From Myxococcota bacterium (GTDB taxonomy: Bacteria; Myxococcota_A; UBA796; UBA2385): a DNA stretch of 64,000 bases. Shown piece by piece: positions 39,716 through 49,385 of this stretch. The notes below the pieces were generated by a model. It was given only the letters and a program-made list of their open reading frames with translations, was not told where the DNA came from and made no database searches. Every line of letters begins with the position of its first letter. Position 1 is the first letter of the stretch. The stretch lies in the NCBI GenBank assembly GCA_044344255.1, contig JBIJDH010000002.1, positions 192,001 to 256,000 on the forward strand, read 5' to 3'. The translations under genes were made by a program, and so were the position numbers.

Positions 39716-41219
39716 GGAGGGGATTCGTGTAGATCCAGGGGTATTCGTGTAGCCACACATCGGGCGCCTCGCCGAGGAAGTCGCGCAGATGGTAGGGGAT
39801 CATCGTGGCCCGCATCCGGTAGACACCGGACTGGGTGACCTCGAAGTCACCGCAGCCTTCCTGCCAAAGTTCACCGTCGCGGAAGACGGAGACCGAGATC
39901 TCGGGCGCCTCCTCCCCCCGTGGGGCCGAGGGGGCGAGGGTGGGGCAGCCGACGTGGAGGGTGCCGAGGCCCGTCGCGGTCGATCCCATCTCGGTGACCG
40001 CGCCATCCGGGCCCTCGAGGTGGAAGTCAACGGTCTCGGGGGTCCCCAACACCTCGAAGGCCACATAGAGCCGGCCGGCCTCGAGGGCGGCTTGGGCGGT
40101 GGCGGGGGTGGGCTCTCCGGACTCGACCAGCACCATGTTGGAGAACCAGCGCAGCATCCGCCGGTAGGAGTCTCCCCGTTCGCCGTCGCGCAGCAAGATG
40201 GGCAGGACGTTCTGGTGGGCGTCCGTGCCCGCGGTGCCGACTACGGGGCGGATCGCGTTCAGGCCGTCCCAAGTCTCGATGCTGATGTCTTGTTGCTGCA
40301 GCACCGCCAGGAAGAGGAGGTCGGGCTCGGCGGTGCCGCTCTCGCTCGTGAACGGCGCGACGTCGGCCAGCCAGCCCATCTGATCGAGGCCGAGGTAGTC
40401 GGCGCGGATGTCGGGATCGAACATCGCGTGGAGGTTGAAGAGCTCTACACCCTGGAGGCCGACGTCGATCAGCGACGCGAGCACAGCGGGGTCGCGCTGT
40501 TCGGTGTGCGCGAGCAGGACGGTAGAGCCAGCCGCCACGTCGGCGGCGATGGCCTCGGCGTCAAAGCCGTTGTACAAGCGGTCGTTCTCAGCGGCATCCG
40601 CGCCTGCGTGCACCTTCAGGCTGACGGGCATGAGCTCGTCTTCGATGCCCGGCATCCACAGGACGCGGTGGTCGTCGTTGGGGGCCCCACAGGGGACACG
40701 GGTGGCGATCGTCTGGCCGTCGTCGCCAGGGATCCGCTCGTCACCAGCCTCGTCGTAGAAGAGGTCCTCCCAGGGCTGCTCACCGGCGTGAGCCGGGTGG
40801 TCGGTGAGGAAGGCGAGGTCGACCGCGGTGCTGCACAGGCCCGCGCGGAGGTCTGCGAGGCAGCTGAGGTTGGGCGCGCCCTCGGCGTCGGTGCCCTCGC
40901 CGTCACAGGCGTCATGCGACCAGGGCGAGTGGAGGTGGATGATGGAGCGGCGCGGCTGGAGGCCGCGCAGGGGAGAGAGCTCGTCTCCCGTGGGGCGGAG
41001 GGCCCCCGACCAGGGGATGGGCCCGTCGGGCGCCTGGCTGTCCTTGCCGTTCCCCGCGCCGTTCACCGCCTCGGCCGCGCAGCCGCTGAGGTTGAGCCCC
41101 ACGAAGAGCCCTACGGCGCTCGCCCGCGATCCGACCGCGATCCCAGAAACACGGCGCCCAGCTCGGGGACGTGGATCCCCGGCGTGGAGTGCCGCGGTGG
41201 GTGGGCGCGGGGCGGTCAT
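39702..41219 (-). CDS. PHP-domain metallohydrolase-like lipoprotein
   Basis: HLHSPWSHD, FLTDH, LAHTE, VELFN, GTDAH; lipobox LSGC. Confidence 0.8.
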   Translation of the reverse strand: MTAPRPPTAALHAGDPRPRAGRRVSGIAVGSRASAVGLFVGLNLSGCAAEAVNGAGNGKDSQAPDGPIPWSGALRPTGDELSPLRGLQPRRSIIHLHSPWSHDACDGEGTDAEGAPNLSCLADLRAGLCSTAVDLAFLTDHPAHAGEQPWEDLFYDEAGDERIPGDDGQTIATRVPCGAPNDDHRVLWMPGIEDELMPVSLKVHAGADAAENDRLYNGFDAEAIAADVAAGSTVLLAHTEQRDPAVLASLIDVGLQGVELFNLHAMFDPDIRADYLGLDQMGWLADVAPFTSESGTAEPDLLFLAVLQQQDISIETWDGLNAIRPVVGTAGTDAHQNVLPILLRDGERGDSYRRMLRWFSNMVLVESGEPTPATAQAALEAGRLYVAFEVLGTPETVDFHLEGPDGAVTEMGSTATGLGTLHVGCPTLAPSAPRGEEAPEISVSVFRDGELWQEGCGDFEVTQSGVYRMRATMIPYHLRDFLGEAPDVWLHEYPWIYTNPLHVAP

Positions 41220-41287
41220 GGGCGGCAGTATAACGAAGGCGGGGCCGACTTGCCGGGCCCCTTCGAACTCGCTAGGTGGACCCCCAT

Positions 41288-41361
41288 ACTCCCGTAGCTC
41301 AGTTGGATAGAGCGACAGTTTCCTAAACTGTAGGTCGGCGGTTCGATCCCGCCCGGGGGTA
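41288..41361 (+). tRNA. tRNA-Arg (anticodon CCT)
   Basis: Acceptor ACTCCCG/CGGGGGT; D arm GCTCAGTTGGATAGAGC; anticodon arm ACAGT-TTCCTAA-ACTGT; GTTCGAT T loop; CCA not encoded. Confidence 0.96.
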
Positions 41362-41422
41362 CTTCGATTCGCCTGTTGAGGTGCTACGGTGCTCCCGTCG
41401 GTTGCTCCTCCGGAGATCATTC

Positions 41423-42007
41423 ATGTTCCTTTTGCTGTCCCTTGTCGCCTGTCGCAGCGGGAGCGGGGGGTTGAAGCCCACCGAGTTCGAGACGGTGGTC
41501 CTTGATGTGACCGAGTCTGGTGGCTTCGATGACGGTCAAGGCACGGCAGTGGCTTGGGCGCTCGACGAAGAAGCGGGCCTGATGCTGGTGACCGCGATGC
41601 AATACCAGACCGGCACGTCCGAGATCGTGGGTCGGATCGACGTCCCCGCCGAAGATGTGGCCTCCGCCTATGAGACGACCGTGCCCGTCCAGCTCGCGGA
41701 AGACGCAGTCGCTTGGCCCATCCTGGGCGCCCTCCTCACCGACGAGGCCGGCGCGGAGGCGCTCCCTGGCTGCTGCGCCGCGGTGCTCGCCGCCGGGGAC
41801 CCCTCCGTGAGGCTGCCCGAGGCCGTCTTCGTCGCCTCGGAGGGCACCCTCACCCTCACTCGGCCAGACGGTCCGGAGGACGACGTCGAAGCGGTCATCA
41901 CGCTCCAGCAGGTGAGCCGCCTCGGCCCCGGCGCGGCGCTGGTCGACGCGACGGTGGGGGTGCAGCTCTCTGGAACCCTCACCTTCCCGAGCGCCTTTAC
42001 GCCCTGA
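41423..42007 (+). CDS. Hypothetical lipoprotein
   Basis: GGAG RBS; very short signal MFLLLSLVAC. Confidence 0.75.
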   Translation: MFLLLSLVACRSGSGGLKPTEFETVVLDVTESGGFDDGQGTAVAWALDEEAGLMLVTAMQYQTGTSEIVGRIDVPAEDVASAYETTVPVQLAEDAVAWPILGALLTDEAGAEALPGCCAAVLAAGDPSVRLPEAVFVASEGTLTLTRPDGPEDDVEAVITLQQVSRLGPGAALVDATVGVQLSGTLTFPSAFTP

Positions 42008-42044
42008 GCTCTGGCTGCGGGTCGCCGCGGAGCCCGAGCCGAGC

Positions 42045-42620
42045 TTAGAGGTGCACGCGGCCGGGGGCGTCGTTCGTACCTTCCGGGGTGTGGCAGGCGT
42101 TACACGCCCCGTCGGACTGCTCACCGAACATCTCCGACTCTACGCCGTCTTTGGAGACCTTGGCGGTGTAGGGCATGGCGATCGCGTCGTTGAACGAGAA
42201 GTTCCCGGCCCCGTTTGACGTGCTGGTGAAGACGTCGCCGTTCGCGTCGGTGATCGTGACCGTCACGCCGGTGACACCGTTGCAGTCGTCCGGCTCGGCG
42301 AGGAGGGTGTAGACGGTGCCAGCGGCCTTGAAGCGCGGACCCTCACCTTGGCTCTCGTGGCAGCCGATACAATCCATGCCCGGGTGCATCAGCGGCGACT
42401 CTTGATTGCCGCGGGTCCAGTATTCGTCGGAGTGGCACTGGGTCTGGTCGACGGACCCGGTGTCCGTGCCGCCATCGGTGCCGTCGGTTCCGTCCGTCCC
42501 GTCGGTTCCGTCCGTCCCGTCGTTGCCTCCGTTCCCGCTGTCCCCCTTGTTGGTGCAGCCGCTGAGCGTGACGACGGTGAGCAGGGTCACCATGAAGCCG
42601 CGGGTGATCATCGAACGCAT
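42045..42620 (-). CDS. Diheme c-type cytochrome lipoprotein with carboxypeptidase-regulatory-like beta domain
   Basis: CIGCH and CNACH; lipobox LSGC; (DGT)n linker; GGAGGAG RBS. Confidence 0.85.
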   Translation of the reverse strand: MRSMITRGFMVTLLTVVTLSGCTNKGDSGNGGNDGTDGTDGTDGTDGTDGGTDTGSVDQTQCHSDEYWTRGNQESPLMHPGMDCIGCHESQGEGPRFKAAGTVYTLLAEPDDCNGVTGVTVTITDANGDVFTSTSNGAGNFSFNDAIAMPYTAKVSKDGVESEMFGEQSDGACNACHTPEGTNDAPGRVHL

Positions 42621-42765
42621 GTGAGTCTCCTCCAGGCGCACAATGTCCGGTCGCCGCAGTCCTCGCATGTCCTCCGTCCTGGTCTCACAGAATCATAACG
42701 CTGGGTCGATGAGCCGGAGCGCACACCCGAGCCGCGCAGGGGCGCGTGGTTCGGGTGCCGGTGGG

Positions 42766-43524
42766 TCAGGGGCAATCGCCAGGGAGACCCTCTGGATCGC
42801 CCTGCTCGCACCACCAGGTCTCGGCCTGAGAGAGCGGACCTGCGTAGGGGTCGATGGGGGAGCCGGCGCTGTCTTGGAGCTCGAAGTGAAGGTGGGGCTG
42901 GGTGGAGAAGCCGCTGGAGCCGACCAGGCCGAGGGCGTCTCCCGCCTCAACGGTCTGGCCGAGCACCACGGCGACCGAGCCCTCCTTCATGTGCCAATAG
43001 AGCGTGCGATACCCTCCCTCGTGCTCCACGATCACGCGGTTGGCAATCCCGTCGTGACCGTCGCAGTTCACGGTGCCGGTGGTGAGGTCTCCGTGGCAAC
43101 GGTCGTAGTGGCCGTCCTCCACCTCGACCACGGTCCCGGCAGCCGCCGCGAGGATGGTGGCGCTCCCGTTGTCCATCTGGCTGAAGTTGCCCTCGAGGAG
43201 GTAGTCGCTGCCATCGTGCTCATCGTAGCAGTGGGGGAAGGAGCGTCCGAGGTAGTCCGCGCAGAGCAGCTCGGTGATCCCGGGGTCTTGGATGACGGGG
43301 TCGTGGTCGACGCCGAGGATGGTCTTGAACAGCTCCGCCTCGCGGAGCGGAAGGGCGAGCTGAAGGGGCGCGCGGAGCGTGAGGTCGGGCCCGGGATCAC
43401 CCGTGTCTCCCCGGTCGGCGCTGTCGCCGGTGGGCTCGACCTCGCCGCTGTCGTCGAGGGGATGGGACTGTGCTTTGTCCATGGTGGGAGGGCCGGAGTG
43501 ACAGGCGAGCAGCAGGAGGATCAT
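42766..43524 (-). CDS. M23 family metallopeptidase lipoprotein
   Basis: HDGSDY; YWHMK; SGFSTQPHLHF; lipobox LLAC. Confidence 0.9.
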   Translation of the reverse strand: MILLLLACHSGPPTMDKAQSHPLDDSGEVEPTGDSADRGDTGDPGPDLTLRAPLQLALPLREAELFKTILGVDHDPVIQDPGITELLCADYLGRSFPHCYDEHDGSDYLLEGNFSQMDNGSATILAAAAGTVVEVEDGHYDRCHGDLTTGTVNCDGHDGIANRVIVEHEGGYRTLYWHMKEGSVAVVLGQTVEAGDALGLVGSSGFSTQPHLHFELQDSAGSPIDPYAGPLSQAETWWCEQGDPEGLPGDCP

Positions 43525-44012
43525 CGTTGTCCCACAGGTTTCCGATCGAAGGAGAGGGCCCCACCGCCCGTGAAGACCAGGGCGGTGAGCGCGAGGGCGA
43601 GGGTGAGTGGGGCCTCCGCCGCGTGGACGCCGCCTCCGCTGCGGAGGCCGACCACCGCGTCCACGCTGGCGACCACGACCAGCAGCGCGGCCGCCACCCG
43701 GGTGGTCAGCCCGGCGCCCAACAGCGCCCCCGCGCCGAGGCGCACGAAGACGGAGACAGCGCCGGCCTCCAGGTGCGCTTTGGGGTGAAAGCCGATGAAG
43801 TCAATGGACGCCCCGATGGCAACCCACGTCTCTTCTCCAGAGGTGGCCTCCGACCAGGCGCGCGAGAGCAGGAGCCCCGCGAGCCCGAGGCGGAGGAGGA
43901 GGACGCCGACGTCGGCCGCGCCCGCGGAGGGGGCCCCAGCGGCTCGGGCAGCTCCGCCGGCCTTGCCGCGCGCTCCGCGCTTGGCGCTGGACTTCGGGGT
44001 CGCTTCTGCCAT
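43521..44012 (-). CDS. DoxX-like membrane protein
   Basis: LLLRLGLAG..; LGAGLTTRVAA; TGGGALSFD. Confidence 0.7.
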   Translation of the reverse strand: MAEATPKSSAKRGARGKAGGAARAAGAPSAGAADVGVLLLRLGLAGLLLSRAWSEATSGEETWVAIGASIDFIGFHPKAHLEAGAVSVFVRLGAGALLGAGLTTRVAAALLVVVASVDAVVGLRSGGGVHAAEAPLTLALALTALVFTGGGALSFDRKPVGQR

Positions 44013-44113
44013 CGGGTACTCCAGCGACGGTTCACGCTCTCCGCGGCGACCCGCATCGGCGCTCTCCACGTCGGAGTTGGATAGCCTGCGGGGGGGGAGC
44101 CCGGGGGTGTGGC

Positions 44114-45769
44114 ATGGAGAGCGAGACTCAAGGAGGGGAGGCGAGGGACCGCCCGGGCGCGCCGGCCCCGGAGCCGGGGCTACCGTGGGCAGCCATTCTG
44201 GCCGCGATCACCGCGGTCACCTATTTACCGGCGCTGGGTGCCGGCTTTGTTTGGGATGACGCGCGCCTGATCCTTGATAATTCGAGGTGGGGCGAAGCCG
44301 GGGCGCCGCTTTCGCTGTTCCTGGGGGGGTTGTGGGATGGTGTCCCCGGAGAGGCCGTCAACCCCAGCTACTACCGACCGATCCTGTTGCTCTCCCTCTG
44401 GTTTGATCGGCAGCTCGGCGGCGCGGCATGGGTGGGGCACGCCCAGTCTTGGCTCTGGCACCTCCTCAACGTGGGCCTGCTCGTGCGGGCCCTCCGCGCC
44501 CGCGGACTCGGGACCGCCGGGGTGGTGGCCGGGGGCCTCTTCTTCGCCCTGCACCCGGTGCAGGTCGAGGCGGTCGCCTTTCAGAGCGCTCGGAATGACC
44601 TCCTCGTGACGAGCGGCCTCTTGGTCGGGATCCTGCTCGAGGGGCGGGCGCTAGCCCTCTTCGCGTTCCTCTTCGCGGCGCTCTCCAAAGAGTCGGCGTT
44701 GCTCGCACCCCTGCTCGTGATCTGTTGGAGGGGAGAGCTTCGGGGGGGAGCGCGGGCCTGGATGCTGGCCGGTGGGGCGGTGCTCCTCGCCTTGGCCGCC
44801 CGCGCCGCGGCAGGCGTGCCCTTTGACCACGTCCCTTGGAACCCCGAGGCGCTCCTCTCGCTCCCTTCCTTGTCGCGCGACATCCTGTGGCCGGTCGGCC
44901 TGGCACCGGGTGAGGGCATCGCTTGGAGCCAGTCCGCGTCGCCAGCCTGGGCGCTCGGCCTGCTCGTCTTGACCCTCGCCGCCGGCGTCGTCGGGGGGCC
45001 CGTGTCTCGATGGGGGGCGCTCTTCGCGGGGCTCGCCTTCGCGCCGACCCTGGCAGGGATCTCTTGGAACGGGCTGCTCGCCGATCGATACCTCTACTTA
45101 CCGATGCTTGGAGCGGCGCTGGCCTTCGGTGCGGCCGCCGACCGCCTGCCGGGGCGCTCGGCGCGGAGCCTGTCCCCGCTCGCCTTCCTGGGCGCGGTCG
45201 GCGTCTTCGCGGCGCTCCGGCCCTGGTCGGATAACGCCGCCCTCTGGTCGGCGATGGTCAAGGCCCACCCGAGCCCGTACACTTGGTCGGGCTACGCTCA
45301 GACTCGCGAGGTGGACGGCGATCTCGACGGCGCCGCAGCGGCCTGGCACGAGGCCGTGGGCGCTCCGCGGCCGATGCCGATCGCTTGCTTTCGGGTGGCC
45401 GCGATCCAGCTCGAGCGAGGCGAGCCTGCGGCGGCGGCGGCGGAGGGGCGAAGGGCCCTCGATAACGGCTGCGCGAGGAGCCCCGAGCTCCTCGCGCCGA
45501 CAGCCCTCGGGCTCGCGGTCGGGGGGGAGTGGTCGGCCGCCGTCGCCCTCGTCGCGGATGTCGATCGTGACCCCACCGGCCTCGCGGTGCTGGTGCGGGT
45601 GAGCGAGGCGGCGCTCCGCGGAGACCTCGATCCGCTCCGCGCTGCCGCCAGAGAGCCCTCCGCAGGTGGGGCGCCCCTCGCCGATCAGGTGGCCTTCCTG
45701 CTCGATCAGGCGGGAGAGCCCGCTGCGTCGGCGCGGGTTCGGGCGGCAGACCTCCCGCCCGCGCGCTGA
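44114..45769 (+). CDS. TMTC-like GT-C glycosyltransferase with TPR-like tail
   Basis: GFVWDD..I..N; YYRP; HPVQVEAVA..SARNDLL; SKES; ADRYLYLP. Confidence 0.8.
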   Translation: MESETQGGEARDRPGAPAPEPGLPWAAILAAITAVTYLPALGAGFVWDDARLILDNSRWGEAGAPLSLFLGGLWDGVPGEAVNPSYYRPILLLSLWFDRQLGGAAWVGHAQSWLWHLLNVGLLVRALRARGLGTAGVVAGGLFFALHPVQVEAVAFQSARNDLLVTSGLLVGILLEGRALALFAFLFAALSKESALLAPLLVICWRGELRGGARAWMLAGGAVLLALAARAAAGVPFDHVPWNPEALLSLPSLSRDILWPVGLAPGEGIAWSQSASPAWALGLLVLTLAAGVVGGPVSRWGALFAGLAFAPTLAGISWNGLLADRYLYLPMLGAALAFGAAADRLPGRSARSLSPLAFLGAVGVFAALRPWSDNAALWSAMVKAHPSPYTWSGYAQTREVDGDLDGAAAAWHEAVGAPRPMPIACFRVAAIQLERGEPAAAAAEGRRALDNGCARSPELLAPTALGLAVGGEWSAAVALVADVDRDPTGLAVLVRVSEAALRGDLDPLRAAAREPSAGGAPLADQVAFLLDQAGEPAASARVRAADLPPAR

Positions 45770-45774
45770 GCCGC

Positions 45775-47016
45775 TCAGACGGCGAGGTCGCCCGCGGTGC
45801 GCTGGCGCAGGGCCGCCCGGACCAGGAAGAGCGAGAGTACCAGCACTCCGCCCGCGACGAAGAAGGGCGCCCGAGGGCCGACGCCCGCGTAGAGGAACCC
45901 ACCGAGGGTGGGCCCGATCACCCGCGCGATCGCGCTCATCGACTGGTTCGTGCCGAGCACGAAGCCCTGCTCGGAGGGGGCTGTCCCTTGAGAGATGAGG
46001 GCGTTCAAGCTCGGGTTGGTGATACTCTGCCCCACGGAGATGACCAGGAAGGAGCCGAGCATCGGCAGCGTCGGCGGCAGCTCGGGGAGCAAGAAGAGGC
46101 CGACCGCGAGGATGACGACGCCCGCGATGACGAGGGGCCCCTCGCCGTACCGCTTGACGAGGCGGCGGATGAGCCCGCCCTGGATGATGATGGCGGACAA
46201 GCCTACGACGCCGAACATCCGCCCGACGTGGACCGCGTCGAGCCCGTGGACGTGCTTTGCGAAGAGCGTGAATGTGCTCTCCATCAGGGCGAAGGCCGAG
46301 GTGAGCACAAAGGTGAGCACGACACAGAGGCCCACCACCGGGTGCCGCGCCACCGCCAAGAAGGCGGCGGGGCTGAGAGAGCGCTGATGCCCTTCGCTCG
46401 GGCCGGGCTTGCGGGTCTCAGGGAGGAGGAAGAAGGCCAGCGCGAAGTTTAGGAAAGAGAGGCCGGCGGCCACGAGCAGCGGCACGTGGTAGCCGAACCG
46501 GGAGAGCTCACCCCCAAGGAAGGGGCCGACGGTGAAGCCGAAGCCGAAGGCCGCGCCGATCAGACCCATCCCCATCGCCCGGTTGGCGGGGGTGGTGAGG
46601 TCGGCCATGCAGGCTTGAGCTGTCGAGATGTTGGCGGTGGCCGCGCCGTGCAGCGTGCGGAACAGGAAGAGGAGGCCGAGGGTGGGGGCGAGGCCAAAGG
46701 CCAGCAGGCCCACCGCCGTGGCGAAGGTGCTGAACAGCATGATCGGGCGCCGGCCGTGGCGGTCCGACAGGCGACCCCACACCGGAGCCATCAAGAACTG
46801 GGCCAGGGAGTAGGTCGCCATCAGCCACGTCACCTGGGCGGGCGTCGCTCCGTACTCCTCGGCGAAGTAGGGCAGTAACGGGATGACAATTCCGAAACCG
46901 ACGAGATCCAGGCAGACCGTGAGGAGCACAGGGATGAAGGCCCGGTTCATCGGGAGGCGGGCCTTGGCCGGCTCGGCGGCGGCTTCACCCGCGAGGGGAT
47001 CGGATTCTGTGGGCAT
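45775..47016 (-). CDS. MFS transporter, TetA/DHA1 family
   Basis: LDLVGFGIVIPLLP; motif A GRLSDRHGRRP; GFTVGPFLGG. Confidence 0.93.
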   Translation of the reverse strand: MPTESDPLAGEAAAEPAKARLPMNRAFIPVLLTVCLDLVGFGIVIPLLPYFAEEYGATPAQVTWLMATYSLAQFLMAPVWGRLSDRHGRRPIMLFSTFATAVGLLAFGLAPTLGLLFLFRTLHGAATANISTAQACMADLTTPANRAMGMGLIGAAFGFGFTVGPFLGGELSRFGYHVPLLVAAGLSFLNFALAFFLLPETRKPGPSEGHQRSLSPAAFLAVARHPVVGLCVVLTFVLTSAFALMESTFTLFAKHVHGLDAVHVGRMFGVVGLSAIIIQGGLIRRLVKRYGEGPLVIAGVVILAVGLFLLPELPPTLPMLGSFLVISVGQSITNPSLNALISQGTAPSEQGFVLGTNQSMSAIARVIGPTLGGFLYAGVGPRAPFFVAGGVLVLSLFLVRAALRQRTAGDLAV

Positions 47017-47019
47017 GGA

Positions 47020-47844
47020 TCACCGGTTCATGACGGCCCGAAGGTCATCGTGGATGTGGCCGTTGGTGCAGACGATTCCGTCCACCAGCGGCTTCGGGGC
47101 GTTGAACTGAAAGGGGAGGCCATGGCGGTCTGTGCACCGACCCCCCGCAGCGTGGACCACCGCCACACCGCCCGCGATGTCCCACTCGTGGCGAGGCTGG
47201 GGCGTGAAGGTGGCCTCGGCCTGACCGGCGGCGACAAGACCAAACTTGTAGGCGACCGAGCCCACGGGGACCGGGACCACCCCTTGGTCGGCGTACTGGT
47301 CAAACCAACCCTTCTTCATCTCTGTTCGTGAGCAGACAATCCGGGCACCTTGGACGGTCGGGTGCGCGCTCACGCCCATCGGGGCCCCGTTGAACAGCGC
47401 GCGGCGACCGTCGCTGCCCCCGATGAGGCCCGCGAAGAGCTGCTCCTGGATCGGGTTGTACAGCACGCCGAGCAGGGCCTCCCCATCGACGACGAGGCTG
47501 ATCGACACGACGAATTCTGGAATGCCGAGCGTGAATTCCTTGGTGCCGTCCACCGGATCGATGATCCAGACCGCGCGTCGCTCCAGCCGTTCAGCGGTGT
47601 CGGCGGTCTCTTCGGACAGCCACCCGAATTCGGGGAAGGCGCCACGGAGCCGCCGCTCCAGGATGTCGTTGCTGGCGAGATCCGCGTCGGTGAGCGGGTT
47701 GTCTTCGCCCTTGTCCTTTACGGTGTAGGCGTCCTTGTAGAAACCTCGGACCGCGGCGCCCGCCTCTCGCGCGGCGGAGACCGCGACATCAAAGGCAGCC
47801 TCGAGGACGGTCGGCGAGAGGAAGCGCTGGGCAGGGGCGGACAT
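47020..47844 (-). CDS. cysQ: 3'(2'),5'-bisphosphate nucleotidase CysQ / inositol monophosphatase family
   Basis: PLTDAD; LSEE; WIIDPVDGTKEF; EWDIAGG. Confidence 0.82.
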   Translation of the reverse strand: MSAPAQRFLSPTVLEAAFDVAVSAAREAGAAVRGFYKDAYTVKDKGEDNPLTDADLASNDILERRLRGAFPEFGWLSEETADTAERLERRAVWIIDPVDGTKEFTLGIPEFVVSISLVVDGEALLGVLYNPIQEQLFAGLIGGSDGRRALFNGAPMGVSAHPTVQGARIVCSRTEMKKGWFDQYADQGVVPVPVGSVAYKFGLVAAGQAEATFTPQPRHEWDIAGGVAVVHAAGGRCTDRHGLPFQFNAPKPLVDGIVCTNGHIHDDLRAVMNR

Positions 47845-47883
47845 GGGGACCTCGGACGGGGCGGCCCGTTAACCCGGCCGCAC

Positions 47884-49371
47884 TCACTCCGGGCGACGAC
47901 GGTGCACGAGGAAGAGGTCGTCCAGTCCGTCGTCGTTGAGGTCGCCTGTGCGCACGATCTCGCCAGTGCCCAGGAACTGCTCGGCGCTCTCGAAGATGAG
48001 GCGCGCGTCTCCCGCGTCCATCAGCGGCCGCCAACCGGCAAAGCTGGCCGCACCCGGGAAGAGATACAAGGCGCCCGCGTGGTAGGCCGAGGGACTGTCG
48101 TCCTCGGTCGGGTTTCGGTGCGGGGCGCCGGCGAGGAGGTCGCTGCGGCCGTCGCCGTCGAGGTCGGTCAAGCGGACGGTGGACCCGAAGGCGTCCGCGG
48201 GCCCCTCGCCGATGATCCGATGGTCGGGCGCGGAGCTCACGGCGCCGGCCTCGGCCCCCAGGCCGCCCGCCCGGAGGCCGTCGCCCTCCCAGATCGCCGC
48301 GAGGCCGGTGGCGCCCTCGAAGCCGGGCGCCCCGGCGACCACCTCGGCGAGGCCGTCTCCATCGATGTCGCCCGAGGCCACCGACCAGCCGAGCCAGGCC
48401 TCCTCCGTGCGGCCCTCGAAGCGGAGGATCGCGCGCTGGTCGAGGTCACCGCCGACCGGCGCGTCGCCGCCCGCGAGGAGGTAGACCGAGCCTTCTCCGG
48501 GCCGCTCGAGATCGGTGAAGGGAGCGCCGATGAGGAGGTCGACCGCCCCGTCCCCGTCGAGGTCATGGTCGCAGGACAGGGCGGCGCCGGAGCGCATGCC
48601 GACCGTCGAGCCCGTCCAGATCGCTGTGGCGGCGCCGACGAGCACCGCCCCCGGCGCGCCGTCCGGGGTGAGGGCCTCGATGGTCCGGCTGGTGAACAGC
48701 GCGGTGGTCCCCGCATAGTTGGCCGCTGCGCTGTCGATGGAGGCGGAGATCAGCCACTCCGCGCGCCCGTCAGCGTCCATGTCGCCGCAGGCGGCCTGGA
48801 CCCGCCCGAGCTCCCCCGAGCTGGACTCGCCCGAGACCCGCAGCAGCCAGTGCTCGGAGACCGAGGCGGCGGCTGGCAGCGCGCTCATGGGGCCGGGGAC
48901 GAGGTAGGCCGCGCCGTCGTGGTGGGTCGTGTCGGTCAGGTTTCGCTCCGGGGCGCCGATCAGCAGGTCGCGCTCGCCGTCGCCGCTGAGGTCGGGCCCG
49001 AGGATAAGGCTGCGTCCGAACTGGTCGCCGGGCGCTTCTCCGGAGAGCGTGTGGGTCTTGCCGCTGAGCCACGCCGAGGGGGAGGGCGAGAGCAGCTCGA
49101 CCTCATCGCGCGCGGGAATGCCGAGCAGGAGGCCATCGGGGGAGGCGGCGAGGTCCCAGTCGGAGCCCTTGCTGACCCCACCCTCATAGATCCAGTCTGC
49201 CGACTCGAGGGGGAGGCGGGTTCCCTCGGGGATCAGGCCGGTGCCGAGGTGGATCGCCGCTTGCGCCGCGGTGTAGTCCTCCGCGCAGCCCACGCCCGTG
49301 CACTCCCCTCGACACGCGGGGAGGAGGCCGGCCGCGGCGCTCAGCCCGAGGAGCAGGCAGAGGCGCCGCAT
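47884..49371 (-). CDS. FG-GAP (integrin-alpha-like) repeat lipoprotein
   Basis: Multiple DLxGDGxxDLLIGAP repeats; lipobox LPAC. Confidence 0.9.
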   Translation of the reverse strand: MRRLCLLLGLSAAAGLLPACRGECTGVGCAEDYTAAQAAIHLGTGLIPEGTRLPLESADWIYEGGVSKGSDWDLAASPDGLLLGIPARDEVELLSPSPSAWLSGKTHTLSGEAPGDQFGRSLILGPDLSGDGERDLLIGAPERNLTDTTHHDGAAYLVPGPMSALPAAASVSEHWLLRVSGESSSGELGRVQAACGDMDADGRAEWLISASIDSAAANYAGTTALFTSRTIEALTPDGAPGAVLVGAATAIWTGSTVGMRSGAALSCDHDLDGDGAVDLLIGAPFTDLERPGEGSVYLLAGGDAPVGGDLDQRAILRFEGRTEEAWLGWSVASGDIDGDGLAEVVAGAPGFEGATGLAAIWEGDGLRAGGLGAEAGAVSSAPDHRIIGEGPADAFGSTVRLTDLDGDGRSDLLAGAPHRNPTEDDSPSAYHAGALYLFPGAASFAGWRPLMDAGDARLIFESAEQFLGTGEIVRTGDLNDDGLDDLFLVHRRRPE

Positions 49372-49385
49372 CGGGACGACGATCT

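Noticed and set aside
39702..41420. ORF-track N-terminal extensions (also 4935, 8968, 13407, 13564, 21996, 30023, 52028, 53814, 56025)
   Set aside because: They overlap the tRNA or neighbouring genes; downstream starts fit domain boundaries, RBS or promoter motifs better
41288..47844. Genomic island integrated at tRNA-Arg
   Set aside because: No integrase and no duplicated tRNA 3' end noticed; only a mild compositional shift
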